DNA of 64,000 bases from Candidatus Kapaibacterium sp. GTDB lineage: Bacteria; Bacteroidota; Ignavibacteria; Kapaibacteriales; UBA2268. A program made the translations under genes and the position numbers. The number at the start of each line of letters is the position of its first letter. The first letter of the stretch is position 1. The DNA is taken from assembly GCA_963664875.1 (NCBI GenBank), contig OY761611.1, positions 2,368,001-2,432,000 of the forward strand, given 5' to 3'. Shown here one piece after another: positions 21,274-31,981 of this stretch. The notes below the pieces were generated by a model that was given only the letters and a program-made list of their open reading frames with translations, did not search any database and was not told where the DNA came from.

Positions 21274-21483
21274 ATGAATCACCTTACTACTCAAAGATAT
21301 TTAGAGCTTTTGGAGCTTTGCCACTCTTTCGAAAAAGACTTCGTAAAGTTCTATGAAAAAGGCAACAAGACTGCCGGCATTAGACTAAGAAAACATATGC
21401 AGACTCTTCGAACTTTCGCTGTGGGTATTCGCAACGAAGTGCAGGAAATGAACATAAAAGAAGAAGAGGAAAACAGCAAATAG
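21274..21483 (+). CDS. Histone H1-like (Hc1 family) small protein
   Basis: DFVKFYEKGNKTAGIRLRKHMQ..R.EVQ resembles the Hc1 N-terminal domain. Confidence 0.75.
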   Translation: MNHLTTQRYLELLELCHSFEKDFVKFYEKGNKTAGIRLRKHMQTLRTFAVGIRNEVQEMNIKEEEENSK

Positions 21484-21590
21484 TCTGTTGATAAAAATAT
21501 TTACACTTACATAAAAAGAGAAGCTATTTCTCTTTTTTTGTTTGTCTTAGACTATTACTCATTTAGTCGGATTTAGCCTCCACATCAATA

Positions 21591-22427
21591 CTAAAAGCTA
21601 ACTTTCCATAGGGGAATATATCCGGAGGTGCTTACTAATTTTTGCCCTTCAGGGCTGAGCACCCAGTCGATAAATTCTTTTATTTCGCCGCTTGGGCTTG
21701 CTATACTGAATAGCCTGAGATATCTGTTTATTGGGTAATTATCAGATATTACGTTTTCAGTTGTGGCTTCTATACCATCTATACTTAAGGCTCTTATGTT
21801 GTTATTGTTTACAGAAAAGCCACCGTAGCCTATTGCATACTTGCTGTCTGCTACCTTTTCAAGTAGTTTTTCCATAGTCGGAGAGTTGGTTACGTTATCG
21901 CAATAATCTAAACCTTTCAGAACATGATTTTTGAAATAGAAGAAAGTTCCTGAATTATTAGGTCTCCCCTGCAATTCAATGCTGTTATTATCTCCGCCGA
22001 GCTCCGACCAATTAGTAATTTCGCAACTATAAATCTTTTTAAGTTGCTCCATAGAAATATTCCGAACAGGATTTTCTTTGTTTACATATATACTCAACGC
22101 ATCTTTGGCTATTAATATGGAAACTCCGACTGTTTGAAATTTATCAGCCAAGCTTTTTACTTCTTCCGGTTTCAACTTATTAGAAGCCATACATAGTTGT
22201 GCTTCACTTTTTAATAATGCATCCACTCCGGCACCGGTGCCTCCTCCTTCAACATAAATGGCTACATGCGGATTGCTTTTCATGTACTCTTTAGCAAGGT
22301 GTTGCATCAAAAAAAGCATAGTGTCCGATCCCTTTATTTTGAATGCAACTGTTTTCTCAGTGAATGTACCACATGAGACACTTAGAAATAAAAAAAGAGC
22401 AAGTGCTGTGAAATATCTATATTTCAT
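21591..22427 (-). CDS. pstS: Phosphate ABC transporter substrate-binding lipoprotein
   Basis: IKGSDTM, GGGTGAG, NWSELGG, SGT, AIGY, YPINRYL. Confidence 0.88.
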   Translation of the reverse strand: MKYRYFTALALFLFLSVSCGTFTEKTVAFKIKGSDTMLFLMQHLAKEYMKSNPHVAIYVEGGGTGAGVDALLKSEAQLCMASNKLKPEEVKSLADKFQTVGVSILIAKDALSIYVNKENPVRNISMEQLKKIYSCEITNWSELGGDNNSIELQGRPNNSGTFFYFKNHVLKGLDYCDNVTNSPTMEKLLEKVADSKYAIGYGGFSVNNNNIRALSIDGIEATTENVISDNYPINRYLRLFSIASPSGEIKEFIDWVLSPEGQKLVSTSGYIPLWKVSF

Positions 22428-24058
22428 TATCTTTTTTCCGCTTTTGTTCTCAAACGTTCGTATTGAAAGGGAACACCTTCATTCCATTTCGGAGTATCTT
22501 TTGCATTCGCAATTTCTTTTATTATCCTATAAATAGCTTCGATATGCTGAAAGCACGCATCATAGCTGATTTTCTGTGTCAAATCATCAAAAGGAGTGTG
22601 ATATCTGTTTTGTCCGTAATCATAAAGAACTTCGATTGCTTCTTCTTTCGATACAGATTTATAGTCAACACCATCCATAGTTAAAAAAGCAGGAATGCCT
22701 GCTGATGCAAAAGCCACCTGATCCGATCGTGTAAAGTTATCCTCAGTTAAAAATTCTTCGGGTACTTCGTCTATTCTCAGCCCCATTTGTCCGAGTGGCT
22801 GCTTTGCAAACTTTGCAATATCGGAAAGCTGTTCGCCTACAAGTACAATGCTGTTAAATTGATCAATAAAAGCAAGTCCGTCTATGTTCAAATTGGCAAC
22901 TGTTTTATAAAGTGGCTTAGCCGGATGGTCTATATAATATTTAGAACCTAAAAGCCCTTTTTCTTCTCCGGTAACAAGCATGAAAATAATAGATCTTTTG
23001 GGAGCAGGATTGAGCTGACTAAATGCTCGGGCAAGTTCTACAAGTGCAGCACAGCCTATGGCGTTATCCATTACTCCGTTGTAAATCGAATCTCCGTTGA
23101 TTGGCTCAGCAATCCCGAGGTGGTCGTAGTGGGCGGTAACTAATACATATTCATCTCTGAGTCTGTAATCACTTCCCTGAACCATGCCTATAATGTTGCT
23201 TGAAACAAAATCTCGCTCTTTGAAATATCCGTTGAAAGATATTTTTCCTGCAAGCTCAAAACTTTTCATACTGTTTTGATAGTGCATTTTGATTATATCT
23301 TCTATGGTATAGCCTGTACCAAGAAAGAGATTCATCCCCCATTGCCCCGGCATAAGGACACTAAATTTACTAGTAACAGAATAGGCAAGTTTTACATCTT
23401 CGAAGCCAAAGCTCTTTTTTACAATATTCAAATTTTGATATTTTTTGTCATCTGGTGCGGGTAAGAGAATAATACCTGCCGCACCGCGTGCGAGAGCAAG
23501 TTTTTCTTTAGCGTCAAAAAAACTGTAAAGAGTATTTGAGGAGCCTGCGAACCATTTATCGTCTTCTGAAAATGGCTCACCCGTAAGCATGACAACTATC
23601 TTTCCTTTTACATCGAGGTCTATATAATCATTGTAGTCATATTCCGGTGCGACTATACCATAGCCTGCGAAAACTAATCCAGTAGGTAAAGGAATATAGG
23701 ATTGCTCTCCGGAATTAAGCATAAAATAGTCCTCTCCGAGAATTAGCCTATGCTTGTCACCGTCGAAATAAAAATCCAACTCCGATTCGTCAAGAGTTTT
23801 AGAAGCGTGCATGGGAATATATTGATAGTATGTATCGTTATAACCGAGTGGTAACAGATTTAGAGCAGAAAGTTCTTCTGCCAGGTACTTTGCAGAAAGA
23901 TTAGCGCCGGTTGAGCCGGTGCCCCTACCTTCGAAGAGGTCGCTTCCCAGAAATTTCAGGTGTCTTTTAAACGAAGTCAGAGATATTGCAGGTTTGTCAT
24001 TTGCAATAACTGATACAGACAAAAATGTCAATAGATATATATAATATATGTATCTCAT
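22427..24058 (-). CDS. M28 family aminopeptidase with PA domain
   Basis: EGRGTG, AHYDHLG, GVMDNA, GEEKGLLGS, RSDQ, YHTPFD. Confidence 0.92.
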   Translation of the reverse strand: MRYIYYIYLLTFLSVSVIANDKPAISLTSFKRHLKFLGSDLFEGRGTGSTGANLSAKYLAEELSALNLLPLGYNDTYYQYIPMHASKTLDESELDFYFDGDKHRLILGEDYFMLNSGEQSYIPLPTGLVFAGYGIVAPEYDYNDYIDLDVKGKIVVMLTGEPFSEDDKWFAGSSNTLYSFFDAKEKLALARGAAGIILLPAPDDKKYQNLNIVKKSFGFEDVKLAYSVTSKFSVLMPGQWGMNLFLGTGYTIEDIIKMHYQNSMKSFELAGKISFNGYFKERDFVSSNIIGMVQGSDYRLRDEYVLVTAHYDHLGIAEPINGDSIYNGVMDNAIGCAALVELARAFSQLNPAPKRSIIFMLVTGEEKGLLGSKYYIDHPAKPLYKTVANLNIDGLAFIDQFNSIVLVGEQLSDIAKFAKQPLGQMGLRIDEVPEEFLTEDNFTRSDQVAFASAGIPAFLTMDGVDYKSVSKEEAIEVLYDYGQNRYHTPFDDLTQKISYDACFQHIEAIYRIIKEIANAKDTPKWNEGVPFQYERLRTKAEKR

Positions 24059-24064
24059 AAGGGT

Positions 24065-24892
24065 CTAATTTAGTCCGGTCATTTTTATGCTCATTTCCCA
24101 TAAAGCCTTAGCCAGTTCTTTATCTTTGGAAAGTTTGGAAGATTTTGCAGGCTTCATTTTGTCAAAATATTCTCCTGTAAACTTATACGCATCTTCACTG
24201 CTTGCCAAATAGACAGAAGTCTCAGCTCCCTTTTCAGGAGATATCAGGAATATACGCATAATTTTTTGTAAAATAGGGTGAAAATTATCGAAAAGACCTG
24301 TATTGACTACTCCGGGCATAAGAGCATTAACTGTTGTGCCTGTGCCGGTAAGCATAGCAGCAAGGTAGCGAGTAAAGAGGACATTCGCCAGCTTGGAATT
24401 TGCATAAGCTTTATTGCCGTTGTAACTTTTAGCATCTTTTGGGTTAAAATCATAAGATCCGTTTAGGTGTAGTCTTGAAGATACATTTATAATTCTTGAG
24501 TTTTCCGTGTGTATTATCAAATCTAAAAGTAGATTAGTAAGCAGGAAATGTGATAAATGATTGACGGCAAAAGTGAGTTCAAAACCTTCTGCACTTTTTT
24601 GATAGTATTTTTCCCAAACTCCGGCATTATTTATTAGGACATCGAGTCTTGGCAAATCCGATTTGATTTGATTTGCAAAATTTCTTACTTCTGCTAAGGA
24701 AGATAAATCAACAAGGTAGTATTCTGCATCACATTCGGGAATAGTATTCCTAAATTCAAATAATGTACTTTCAGCTTTAGCCATGCTTCTTGCTGTAAAT
24801 ATAACACGATAGCCAAATTCAAGCAGCTTTTTTGCGGTTGCTTTACCTATCCCGTTAGTAGCGCCGGTGATTATGCAAATTTTTTTATCCAT
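24065..24892 (-). CDS. SDR family oxidoreductase
   Basis: TGATNGIG, INNAG, YANSK. Confidence 0.93.
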   Translation of the reverse strand: MDKKICIITGATNGIGKATAKKLLEFGYRVIFTARSMAKAESTLFEFRNTIPECDAEYYLVDLSSLAEVRNFANQIKSDLPRLDVLINNAGVWEKYYQKSAEGFELTFAVNHLSHFLLTNLLLDLIIHTENSRIINVSSRLHLNGSYDFNPKDAKSYNGNKAYANSKLANVLFTRYLAAMLTGTGTTVNALMPGVVNTGLFDNFHPILQKIMRIFLISPEKGAETSVYLASSEDAYKFTGEYFDKMKPAKSSKLSKDKELAKALWEMSIKMTGLN

Positions 24893-25279
24893 TTCATTCC
24901 CCTCAAGTCTTAATCCGAACGACGATAAGTTTAAAAGTGAATTGTGTAATGTGTATAATCCAAAAGATAGAACATCAGATATTAAGCTACTTTGCTCTTT
25001 ATTTATGAAGAATATCCAAGCAAATAATTCAATTTTTATCTAAATATCAGTATGTAGGAGTACCTATCTTCCGAAGAAGCAAAAAATAAATTCCGCTTCT
25101 AACATATAATTTTTCTTACTAAATATTTATATTTTTGTATATTGCATTCGACATGGGTTATCATCTAATCAAATACTAATAAAGCATTTGGCATTAAAAT
25201 TGTTTTAGTCAATAATCGTATGACTATTATTTGCAAGATACATCATGTTTTTAAGTTTTCTTATACAAGGAGATTTCCA

Positions 25280-25864
25280 ATGAAAAAACTTTTTGCAGTA
25301 ATCATGGCTATCGTGATTATGTTCGGTGTTTCCGAATTGAAAGCACAAAAAGAAATGAGCAATCCGCAAACAATCGGCGGTCAGCTTGTATTTGCATTTC
25401 CAACCGGCTCATTAGGTGATGCGGTGAATATGGGTATTGGTGTCAATTTCCAATATACCTATTACTTTAGCCCGAAATTCGCGGCTTATGGCTTTGCGGG
25501 ATACCATAGCTATGGTGCCAAAGAATATGCTTGGGGCGATGGAACAAGCACAGGTATCGAATTATCAGCAAGTGTAATTCCTATAGGTGCAGGTGCCTTT
25601 TATCAGGTAGGTCAATGGGGCAAATTATTGCCAATCGTTGGCGGTGAACTTGGTTTGCACATGGGTGAAGTAGAAATGAGCGGTGCAGGTAATGGATATC
25701 TATACTCAGCAAGTGGTAGCCAAACTGATATAGCTTTGGCTTTCTTTGGTGGTGTGTTATATCCTGTGAACAGAGAACTTGCTATGAGAGGCGATTTGAA
25801 ATATACAGCAGCTTCTAACTTTGGCAATTTCAGTATCAACCTCGGTATCATGTACAAAATATAA
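25280..25864 (+). CDS. Small outer membrane beta-barrel protein
   Basis: AGGAG RBS, signal peptide MKKLFAV..., alternating strands, aromatic C-terminus. Confidence 0.75.
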   Translation: MKKLFAVIMAIVIMFGVSELKAQKEMSNPQTIGGQLVFAFPTGSLGDAVNMGIGVNFQYTYYFSPKFAAYGFAGYHSYGAKEYAWGDGTSTGIELSASVIPIGAGAFYQVGQWGKLLPIVGGELGLHMGEVEMSGAGNGYLYSASGSQTDIALAFFGGVLYPVNRELAMRGDLKYTAASNFGNFSINLGIMYKI

Positions 25865-26036
25865 TACCGAATAGTTCAATCTTAAAAAAGCCGCATTAGA
25901 TTATACAAAGTCTTTTGTGGCTTTTTGTTTTTCTTCTTTTGTATCTGCATATCACCAAATTCTCCCTCATCAATAATTAGTGATTACAAACGTGATTTTA
26001 AGAATATAATATATTCTATTTTACGGAGAGATTCAC

Positions 26037-26477
26037 ATGAAAATCAAAGACCTTTTAAAAAACAAAGGCCCTGAAGTATTTACTGTGGGCATTGATAAAT
26101 CTCTAAAAGATGCAATAGCTATCCTTGTTGCAAATAATATTGGCTCATTACTTGTCATCAATGCTGATGGCAAGATTGAAGGAATTTTGACTGAAAGAGA
26201 CATATTGCGTCAGAGTGCAAAAGATCCACACTCCTTCGGAGAAATATCTGTCCGGGAAAGTATGACATCCAATATCATTTTTATCGAAGATGAGGACACT
26301 TTGGAGTATGCTTCGAGTATCATCAGCAATAATAAAATCCGACATTTACCGGTACTAAACAAAAATAAAGTTCTGGTGGGTCTGATTTCCATCGGTGACA
26401 TCAATACTTCCCACGTCAAAATGGTGAAAGCTGAAAATAAATATCTACGTGATTACATCGAAGGTAATGTAAAATAA
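26037..26477 (+). CDS. CBS domain-containing protein
   Basis: GILTERD, IRHLPV, GLISIGD. Confidence 0.9.
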   Translation: MKIKDLLKNKGPEVFTVGIDKSLKDAIAILVANNIGSLLVINADGKIEGILTERDILRQSAKDPHSFGEISVRESMTSNIIFIEDEDTLEYASSIISNNKIRHLPVLNKNKVLVGLISIGDINTSHVKMVKAENKYLRDYIEGNVK

Positions 26478-26554
26478 CAATGCCCTTTTCCTTTGAAAAG
26501 ATAACTTACAAAGAGTAATTTCAAGAATTATTACACTGTACTTTGAGCATTTAT

Positions 26555-27079
26555 ATGAATGATATAATACTAAACATAAACAACAAAGAGTTTAAAGCAG
26601 AATTTGACCCTGACGATTACAGAATTATCCGAATAAACGGTAAGTCATTTGAAATTGAGCTATTAAAGAAATTTGGCAATAATCTATTTACCTTTGCTGT
26701 CAATCAGCAGCTGAAACAGGCTGAGCTTGCAATTGATAATAATAAAAAAGTAGAAATTATCTATGACGGGATGGTTTTCGAAGTTGATGTAAAAGATTCG
26801 ACACAAAAACTCTTAGAAAAATATATCCAAAATTCTTCGCATGGTGCATCTAATGGTCTTAGTAATCTGAAAGCTCCTATGCCGGGGCTTCTTGTGAAGT
26901 ATTTTGTTCACGTAGGAGATTTTGTAAACAAAGGAGATAAGCTTTGTGCTTTGGAAGCCATGAAGATGGAAAATATTATCAAATCCAACATCAGCGGCAC
27001 AGTCAGGAAGCTAAATATCAAAGAAGGCACTCCTATTGAAAAAAATGCGATAATAATGGAATTTGACATCAACGATTAG
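26555..27079 (+). CDS. Biotin carboxyl carrier protein
   Basis: KAPMPG and EAMKMEN biotinylation motif. Confidence 0.92.
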   Translation: MNDIILNINNKEFKAEFDPDDYRIIRINGKSFEIELLKKFGNNLFTFAVNQQLKQAELAIDNNKKVEIIYDGMVFEVDVKDSTQKLLEKYIQNSSHGASNGLSNLKAPMPGLLVKYFVHVGDFVNKGDKLCALEAMKMENIIKSNISGTVRKLNIKEGTPIEKNAIIMEFDIND

Positions 27080-27088
27080 AGTTAAAAT

Positions 27089-28645
27089 ATGGATAAAGTT
27101 ATACTTCAGAAACTTCAATCTTTAGAAGAAATAAAAGAACTATCCTTGCTTGGGGGTGGTCAACAAAGAATAGATTCTCAGCATGCCAAAGGTAAACTCA
27201 CTGCAAGAGAAAGAATCGAATTGCTATGCGACCCCGGTACTTTTAGAGAGCTTGATGCTTTAGCTCACCACCATGCAATTGATTTCGGACAAGATAAAGA
27301 TGTACCGCTGGGCGACGGAGTTGTTACCGGACATGCAGAAATAGGTGGCAAAAAAGTTTATCTTTTCTCTCAGGATTTTACTGTACTTGGAGGCTCCCTA
27401 TCTGAGCAGCATGGAAAGAAGATTTGCAAAATAATGGATCTTGCCTTAAAAAGCGGGTATCCTGTTATTGGGATGAATGATTCCGGTGGAGCCAGAGTGC
27501 AGGAAGGAGTAATTTCGCTCGGTGCCTATGCTGATATATTTCTGAGAAACACATTAGCTTCCGGGGTTGTGCCTCAGATTTCTGTAATTATGGGACCTTG
27601 TGCCGGAGGGGCAGTTTATTCGCCGGCTATTACGGATTTTATTATAATGGTTCGCAAGACTTCGTATATGTTTGTTACCGGACCTAAAGTAGTCAAAACA
27701 GTAACTCACGAAGATTTAACAGCCGAAGAGCTTGGTGGAGCTGAAGTTCATTCAGAAAAAAGCGGAGTGGCTCACTTCATTGCAGAAAATGATATGACTG
27801 CAACCGAAATAGTAAGGAAACTGCTTAGGTTTATTCCGCAAAACAATGCAGAAGAGCCCCCATATATTTCTAATGATGACCCGGCTGACCGAGAAGATGA
27901 GAAATTGAATGGCATAATACCCCCGTCTGCCAATCAACCTTATGATATGAAAGAAATCATCCTCAGCTTGACTGATAATCTTGAATTTCTCGAAGTTCAT
28001 AAGGACTATGCTGCGAACATAATTGTAGGCTTTATGAGAATGGGTGGAAGATCTATCGGAGTTGTTGCCAATCAACCTATGGAAATGGCAGGCGTGCTTG
28101 ATATCAATTCTTCCAAAAAAGCCGGAAGATTTGTAAGGTTTTGTGATGCGTTTAATATTCCTATTTTAACATTGGTAGATGTTCCGGGTTTTATGCCGGG
28201 TGCGGATCAGGAGTGGAATGCTATAATCACTAACGGAGCAAAACTTTTATATGCTTATGCTGAAGCAACAGTGCCAAAGGTAACTCTTATCACACGAAAA
28301 GCTTACGGTGGTGCTTATGATGTAATGAGCAGCAAACACATAAGAGGAGATTTTAACTTCGCTTGGCCAACAGCGGAAATAGCTGTTATGGGAGCAAAAG
28401 GAGCTGTTGAGATAATTTTTAAAAAAGAAATTGAGGCATCTGACAGCCCTGCATCCAAAGAGCAGGAACTTATTGATATGTATAATAATAAGTTTGCAAA
28501 TCCCTACGTTGCTGCTTCCTATGGTTATCTCGATGATGTAATTGAGCCAAAATCTTCTCGGCGAAGATTGATAGAAGCATTTGCGGTTTTGGAAAACAAA
28601 GTAGATAAAAATCCACCTAAAAAACACGGCAATATCCCGCTTTAA
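27089..28645 (+). CDS. pccB: Acyl-CoA (propionyl/methylmalonyl-CoA) carboxyltransferase beta subunit
   Basis: [39 protein letters not shown]. Confidence 0.88.
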   Translation: MDKVILQKLQSLEEIKELSLLGGGQQRIDSQHAKGKLTARERIELLCDPGTFRELDALAHHHAIDFGQDKDVPLGDGVVTGHAEIGGKKVYLFSQDFTVLGGSLSEQHGKKICKIMDLALKSGYPVIGMNDSGGARVQEGVISLGAYADIFLRNTLASGVVPQISVIMGPCAGGAVYSPAITDFIIMVRKTSYMFVTGPKVVKTVTHEDLTAEELGGAEVHSEKSGVAHFIAENDMTATEIVRKLLRFIPQNNAEEPPYISNDDPADREDEKLNGIIPPSANQPYDMKEIILSLTDNLEFLEVHKDYAANIIVGFMRMGGRSIGVVANQPMEMAGVLDINSSKKAGRFVRFCDAFNIPILTLVDVPGFMPGADQEWNAIITNGAKLLYAYAEATVPKVTLITRKAYGGAYDVMSSKHIRGDFNFAWPTAEIAVMGAKGAVEIIFKKEIEASDSPASKEQELIDMYNNKFANPYVAASYGYLDDVIEPKSSRRRLIEAFAVLENKVDKNPPKKHGNIPL

Positions 28646-28774
28646 GCTTTGTGTTTATTAGAAGATAGCAAATTTATTGAAATCATACATATAAAAAAGA
28701 ACAAGGAACTTACCTATATAAGTAAGCTCCTTGTTTTGCTTTATAACCCGTTTAGGAATACATGAGTATAAAGA

Positions 28775-31453
28775 CTAAAGCAATTTTTCTATCGCAGTGA
28801 GTTCAAATTTGGCATCTTCGTAGCGTGGATCTATTCTAATTGCCCACTCAAACATTGTTTTTGCATCTTCCGGCATACCTGCCTTTTTGAAACACATACC
28901 TGCTCCAAAGCAAACTCTTGGGTTATTTGGATTATATTCCAAAGCAGTGGTATAAATTTGATTCGCACCGTCCAGGTCATCCATCTCTAACATAATATCT
29001 GCAGTATGGCAAAGCAAATCATCCAGATACAGCCCAGCAGAACTTAAGTATTTGCTGTCTTTCCAGCTTTCTAGGGCAGGTGTGATAGTTTCAAATGCCT
29101 CTACATATTTTTCATTTATCAGGAAAAGTTTTGACTGCAAATACAAAGTATCAGGATGAGTATTATCTATAGCAGCAGATTTATCGAGATATTCTGCTGT
29201 TTTCTCATATTCTTCATCTTGCATTGAGATAAAAGCAAGTCTGTTTAGCACATGAATTTTGTATTTGTCGCTCAAATCGTCATCTAAAACACTTTTATAT
29301 AGCTCGATTGCTTCGTCGATATTCTCATAATTCATTTCGTTTTCGGCAATACCAACTTTAATATATGAGTCTTCGAGGTCAAAAAGTCTGTTTTGAGCTT
29401 TTGAAGACATATCTGTACCGTATATTTTATCTAATCTGCTAAGCACTTTCAAAGATGCCCTTTTCCAAGTCCAATATTTTCTAGCGGTTGCCGAGGCAAT
29501 GATGCCTCTGCTGATTACCTCTGCCGGATCTTTATGTATTTTTTGCATTATCTCCATCAGGTGCTGTTTGCTTGGTTCTAATACAAAAGCCTCTTCGACT
29601 AAAGCTTGTCCCGCAAAGTTATCGCCCACGGAACGAGGCTCCGCATCGATTAGCCAAGCAAAAGTATCAGAAACGAAATCATCAGTTGCTCCTCCGTTTG
29701 TAACTATTACCGGCAAGCCACAAGCCATAGCTTCTAATGTAGGTAAAGAAAAACCTTCGCCTCTGTAAGGGCAGACAAAAACATTACAGGCTCGATAAAG
29801 CTCTGCTATTGCCGCTTCTGGCATCATTTCATCAATATATATTATTTCAGGAGCATTAGGGTTGTTTTGTAAATCTAAAATTTGCTGCTTAGCAGTCTGA
29901 CCTTTATAGAAAGAATCGCCACCCATGTCTTTAATAACAAGGCATACATCGTCATCAGCAGTAAAAGCTTTAACATAGCTTTCTATTAGTATATCAATGC
30001 CTTTTCGGAAGATAGTACCTCCGACAAAAAGGAATTTAAAATTTTTCTTTGTGTTTAATTTGTATGCTTTCCCCTCCGGTTTGAACAAACTCGGATCGAT
30101 TCCGTTGGGGATTACCTGAACTTTGTCAAAGCTAATTCCGGAATTTATAAACGCCTGACGCGAGTAGTTAGATGGAGTCCAAATTTCATTTGCAGACTTC
30201 ATCGTGTCTGCCATGTCTTTCCTAAGTGAAGTAAACTCCCAAGGTTGCATGATAATCCATTTGGCACCCTTTGGCGGTTCTTGTTTTAGAGGCCATTGAT
30301 GTCTTATCCATGCATACGGCAAATCAGAAACTGCCTTGCTGACTTCAGCTTTAATTCTTATATCATTTTTTGCCAATTTAATATATTTATCGTTCCCCTC
30401 TGGTGCGAACCTGTCATCTTCAAAAGGGATAATTGTGATATTAGCTACTTCTGCATCTATAAGGTTGTTGCAATGTTCTCGGTTAATCAGAGCTAACGAA
30501 TGATATACAAATTGCGAGCCCTCCCAAACAATGTTAAGCTCCAAATCTGTTTCTGCTTCGTCATCATTTACTACTATATCAAAAAGGGCATTGTTGGATT
30601 GTTCCTCTGCTTCTTCGGAGCTAATTTCATCAGATGCTTCTGCTATTTCTGTAATGTTTTCTGTCTGTTCCTCATTTTGATTTTCTTCATTTTCTACAAC
30701 CGTTGTTACAAAAGCTGTAGTTGCTATTGATTCAATTTTTGATAGTAAATCGTTAGCAGATGCAGGGATATTTGTTCCTTTTGGCTCGTCAATATCTAAA
30801 GAAAAATCAAAGTTGGATAATTCATTATTGTCAGCTGTGAGATCTAATTTGAAAGAAAAAGGCTGTTGTTCTTCTTCCTTTTTAGCTATTACAGTCATAT
30901 TTAGATTAATAAACCCCGAAGACTGTGGGAAGTCGTGATCTTCGATAGAAACAATCTCAAAACCTGCTTTTTTCAAATGATTTGTTATGGAGTCATGGTC
31001 GAAGCCTACACAGTGATAATCGCCCGGGTTAGTCTGCCCGCCGAAAATCATATAAGAGGCAATATCTGCATTCCAATCACCCCTAACATAAGCTGCAATC
31101 TGAAGTTTTAGATTAGGGCATCTCACAATCAGTTCGCCTCCCGGCCTCAGCACTCGTGCCCATTCCGATAGTAGTCTGTCCACTTCTCTATGCGAAAAGT
31201 GCTCTAAAATGTCAGAAGCAAGTATAGTATCTACGCTATTGTCGTCGAATTCCAAATTTCTTATATCCATATTGACCACATAAGGATTGTCAGAATAAAG
31301 GTCAATATTGATAAACCCATCTCGGAAGTCTTTGCCACAGCCTAAATTGAGACGTAGTGGATAAGGAAGTACCTTGGGAAGTTCACCGGTAGCCTTATGA
31401 TTTGAAAATCCACCCGGCAAGCTTTCGTCGAATTGCAACCTATTCATAGACAT
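28775..31453 (-). CDS. Fusion of SAM methyltransferase, GT4 glycosyltransferase and TPR repeats
   Basis: LNLGCG and LEH methyltransferase motifs; PYRGEGFSLPTLEAMACG; C-terminal TPRs; start uncertain (GTG 31465 or ATG 31453). Confidence 0.85.
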   Translation of the reverse strand: MSMNRLQFDESLPGGFSNHKATGELPKVLPYPLRLNLGCGKDFRDGFINIDLYSDNPYVVNMDIRNLEFDDNSVDTILASDILEHFSHREVDRLLSEWARVLRPGGELIVRCPNLKLQIAAYVRGDWNADIASYMIFGGQTNPGDYHCVGFDHDSITNHLKKAGFEIVSIEDHDFPQSSGFINLNMTVIAKKEEEQQPFSFKLDLTADNNELSNFDFSLDIDEPKGTNIPASANDLLSKIESIATTAFVTTVVENEENQNEEQTENITEIAEASDEISSEEAEEQSNNALFDIVVNDDEAETDLELNIVWEGSQFVYHSLALINREHCNNLIDAEVANITIIPFEDDRFAPEGNDKYIKLAKNDIRIKAEVSKAVSDLPYAWIRHQWPLKQEPPKGAKWIIMQPWEFTSLRKDMADTMKSANEIWTPSNYSRQAFINSGISFDKVQVIPNGIDPSLFKPEGKAYKLNTKKNFKFLFVGGTIFRKGIDILIESYVKAFTADDDVCLVIKDMGGDSFYKGQTAKQQILDLQNNPNAPEIIYIDEMMPEAAIAELYRACNVFVCPYRGEGFSLPTLEAMACGLPVIVTNGGATDDFVSDTFAWLIDAEPRSVGDNFAGQALVEEAFVLEPSKQHLMEIMQKIHKDPAEVISRGIIASATARKYWTWKRASLKVLSRLDKIYGTDMSSKAQNRLFDLEDSYIKVGIAENEMNYENIDEAIELYKSVLDDDLSDKYKIHVLNRLAFISMQDEEYEKTAEYLDKSAAIDNTHPDTLYLQSKLFLINEKYVEAFETITPALESWKDSKYLSSAGLYLDDLLCHTADIMLEMDDLDGANQIYTTALEYNPNNPRVCFGAGMCFKKAGMPEDAKTMFEWAIRIDPRYEDAKFELTAIEKLL

Positions 31454-31561
31454 AGCTATACTCACTATTATTTATACGTATTAGTATGAAGCTATCAACA
31501 ATAATGCCAATTAGACATATAAAAAACTCTGAGAGGAAATAAAAAAAGAAATGGTAAAACA

Positions 31562-31618
31562 AAACAACAGCCACGTTCCGCATATCTATTGTAACTATGC
31601 AGCAGCGCAGCTGTGTTT
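31562..31618 (-). other. Long imperfect hairpin followed by a U-rich tract (terminator/attenuator-like)
   Basis: Minus strand ACAGCTGCG pairs with CGTGGCTGT, inner TGCATA pairs with TATGCG, followed by TGTTTTGTTTT. Confidence 0.5.
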
Positions 31619-31652
31619 GCTCAGAAGCAAGTTAGAGGTATGTTACTGAGCT

Positions 31653-31745
31653 TTAGCTCTGTCGATGTTCTTCAAAGTAGAGGAACAAGTTTAACGAAAG
31701 AGCTAATGAGGCAATGACGCAAAAATATATTATAAAAATTTCCAT
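31653..31745 (-). CDS. Putative 30-aa single-TM small protein MEIFIIYFCVIASLALSLNLFLYFEEHRQS
   Basis: GGAGG Shine-Dalgarno a few nt before the ATG; hydrophobic core and charged tail. Confidence 0.55.
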   Translation of the reverse strand: MEIFIIYFCVIASLALSLNLFLYFEEHRQS

Positions 31746-31981
31746 ATCGACCCTCCGTTTATGTCCTTACTTATATTGACACTAAGGGGGATAAAAAGTC
31801 TCATTGTTGCAGAAGAAAGCTCTTAAATAGTCAAACTTATAAGGATAAAGAATTGTATAAGTGATATTGTTCAAGATTATTTGGAAAAATATTAAGTAAA
31901 AAATAGATTTTATGTGCAAATGAGCAAAAATATCCTTAAATTTAATATTATATAACAGATAAAAAACAAATTGAGGTAAAA

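Noticed and set aside
31493-31510. Sigma-54-like site upstream of the glycosyltransferase (similar site near 25188)
   Set aside because: GG-N10-GA and GG-N10-GT rather than the required GG-N10-GC
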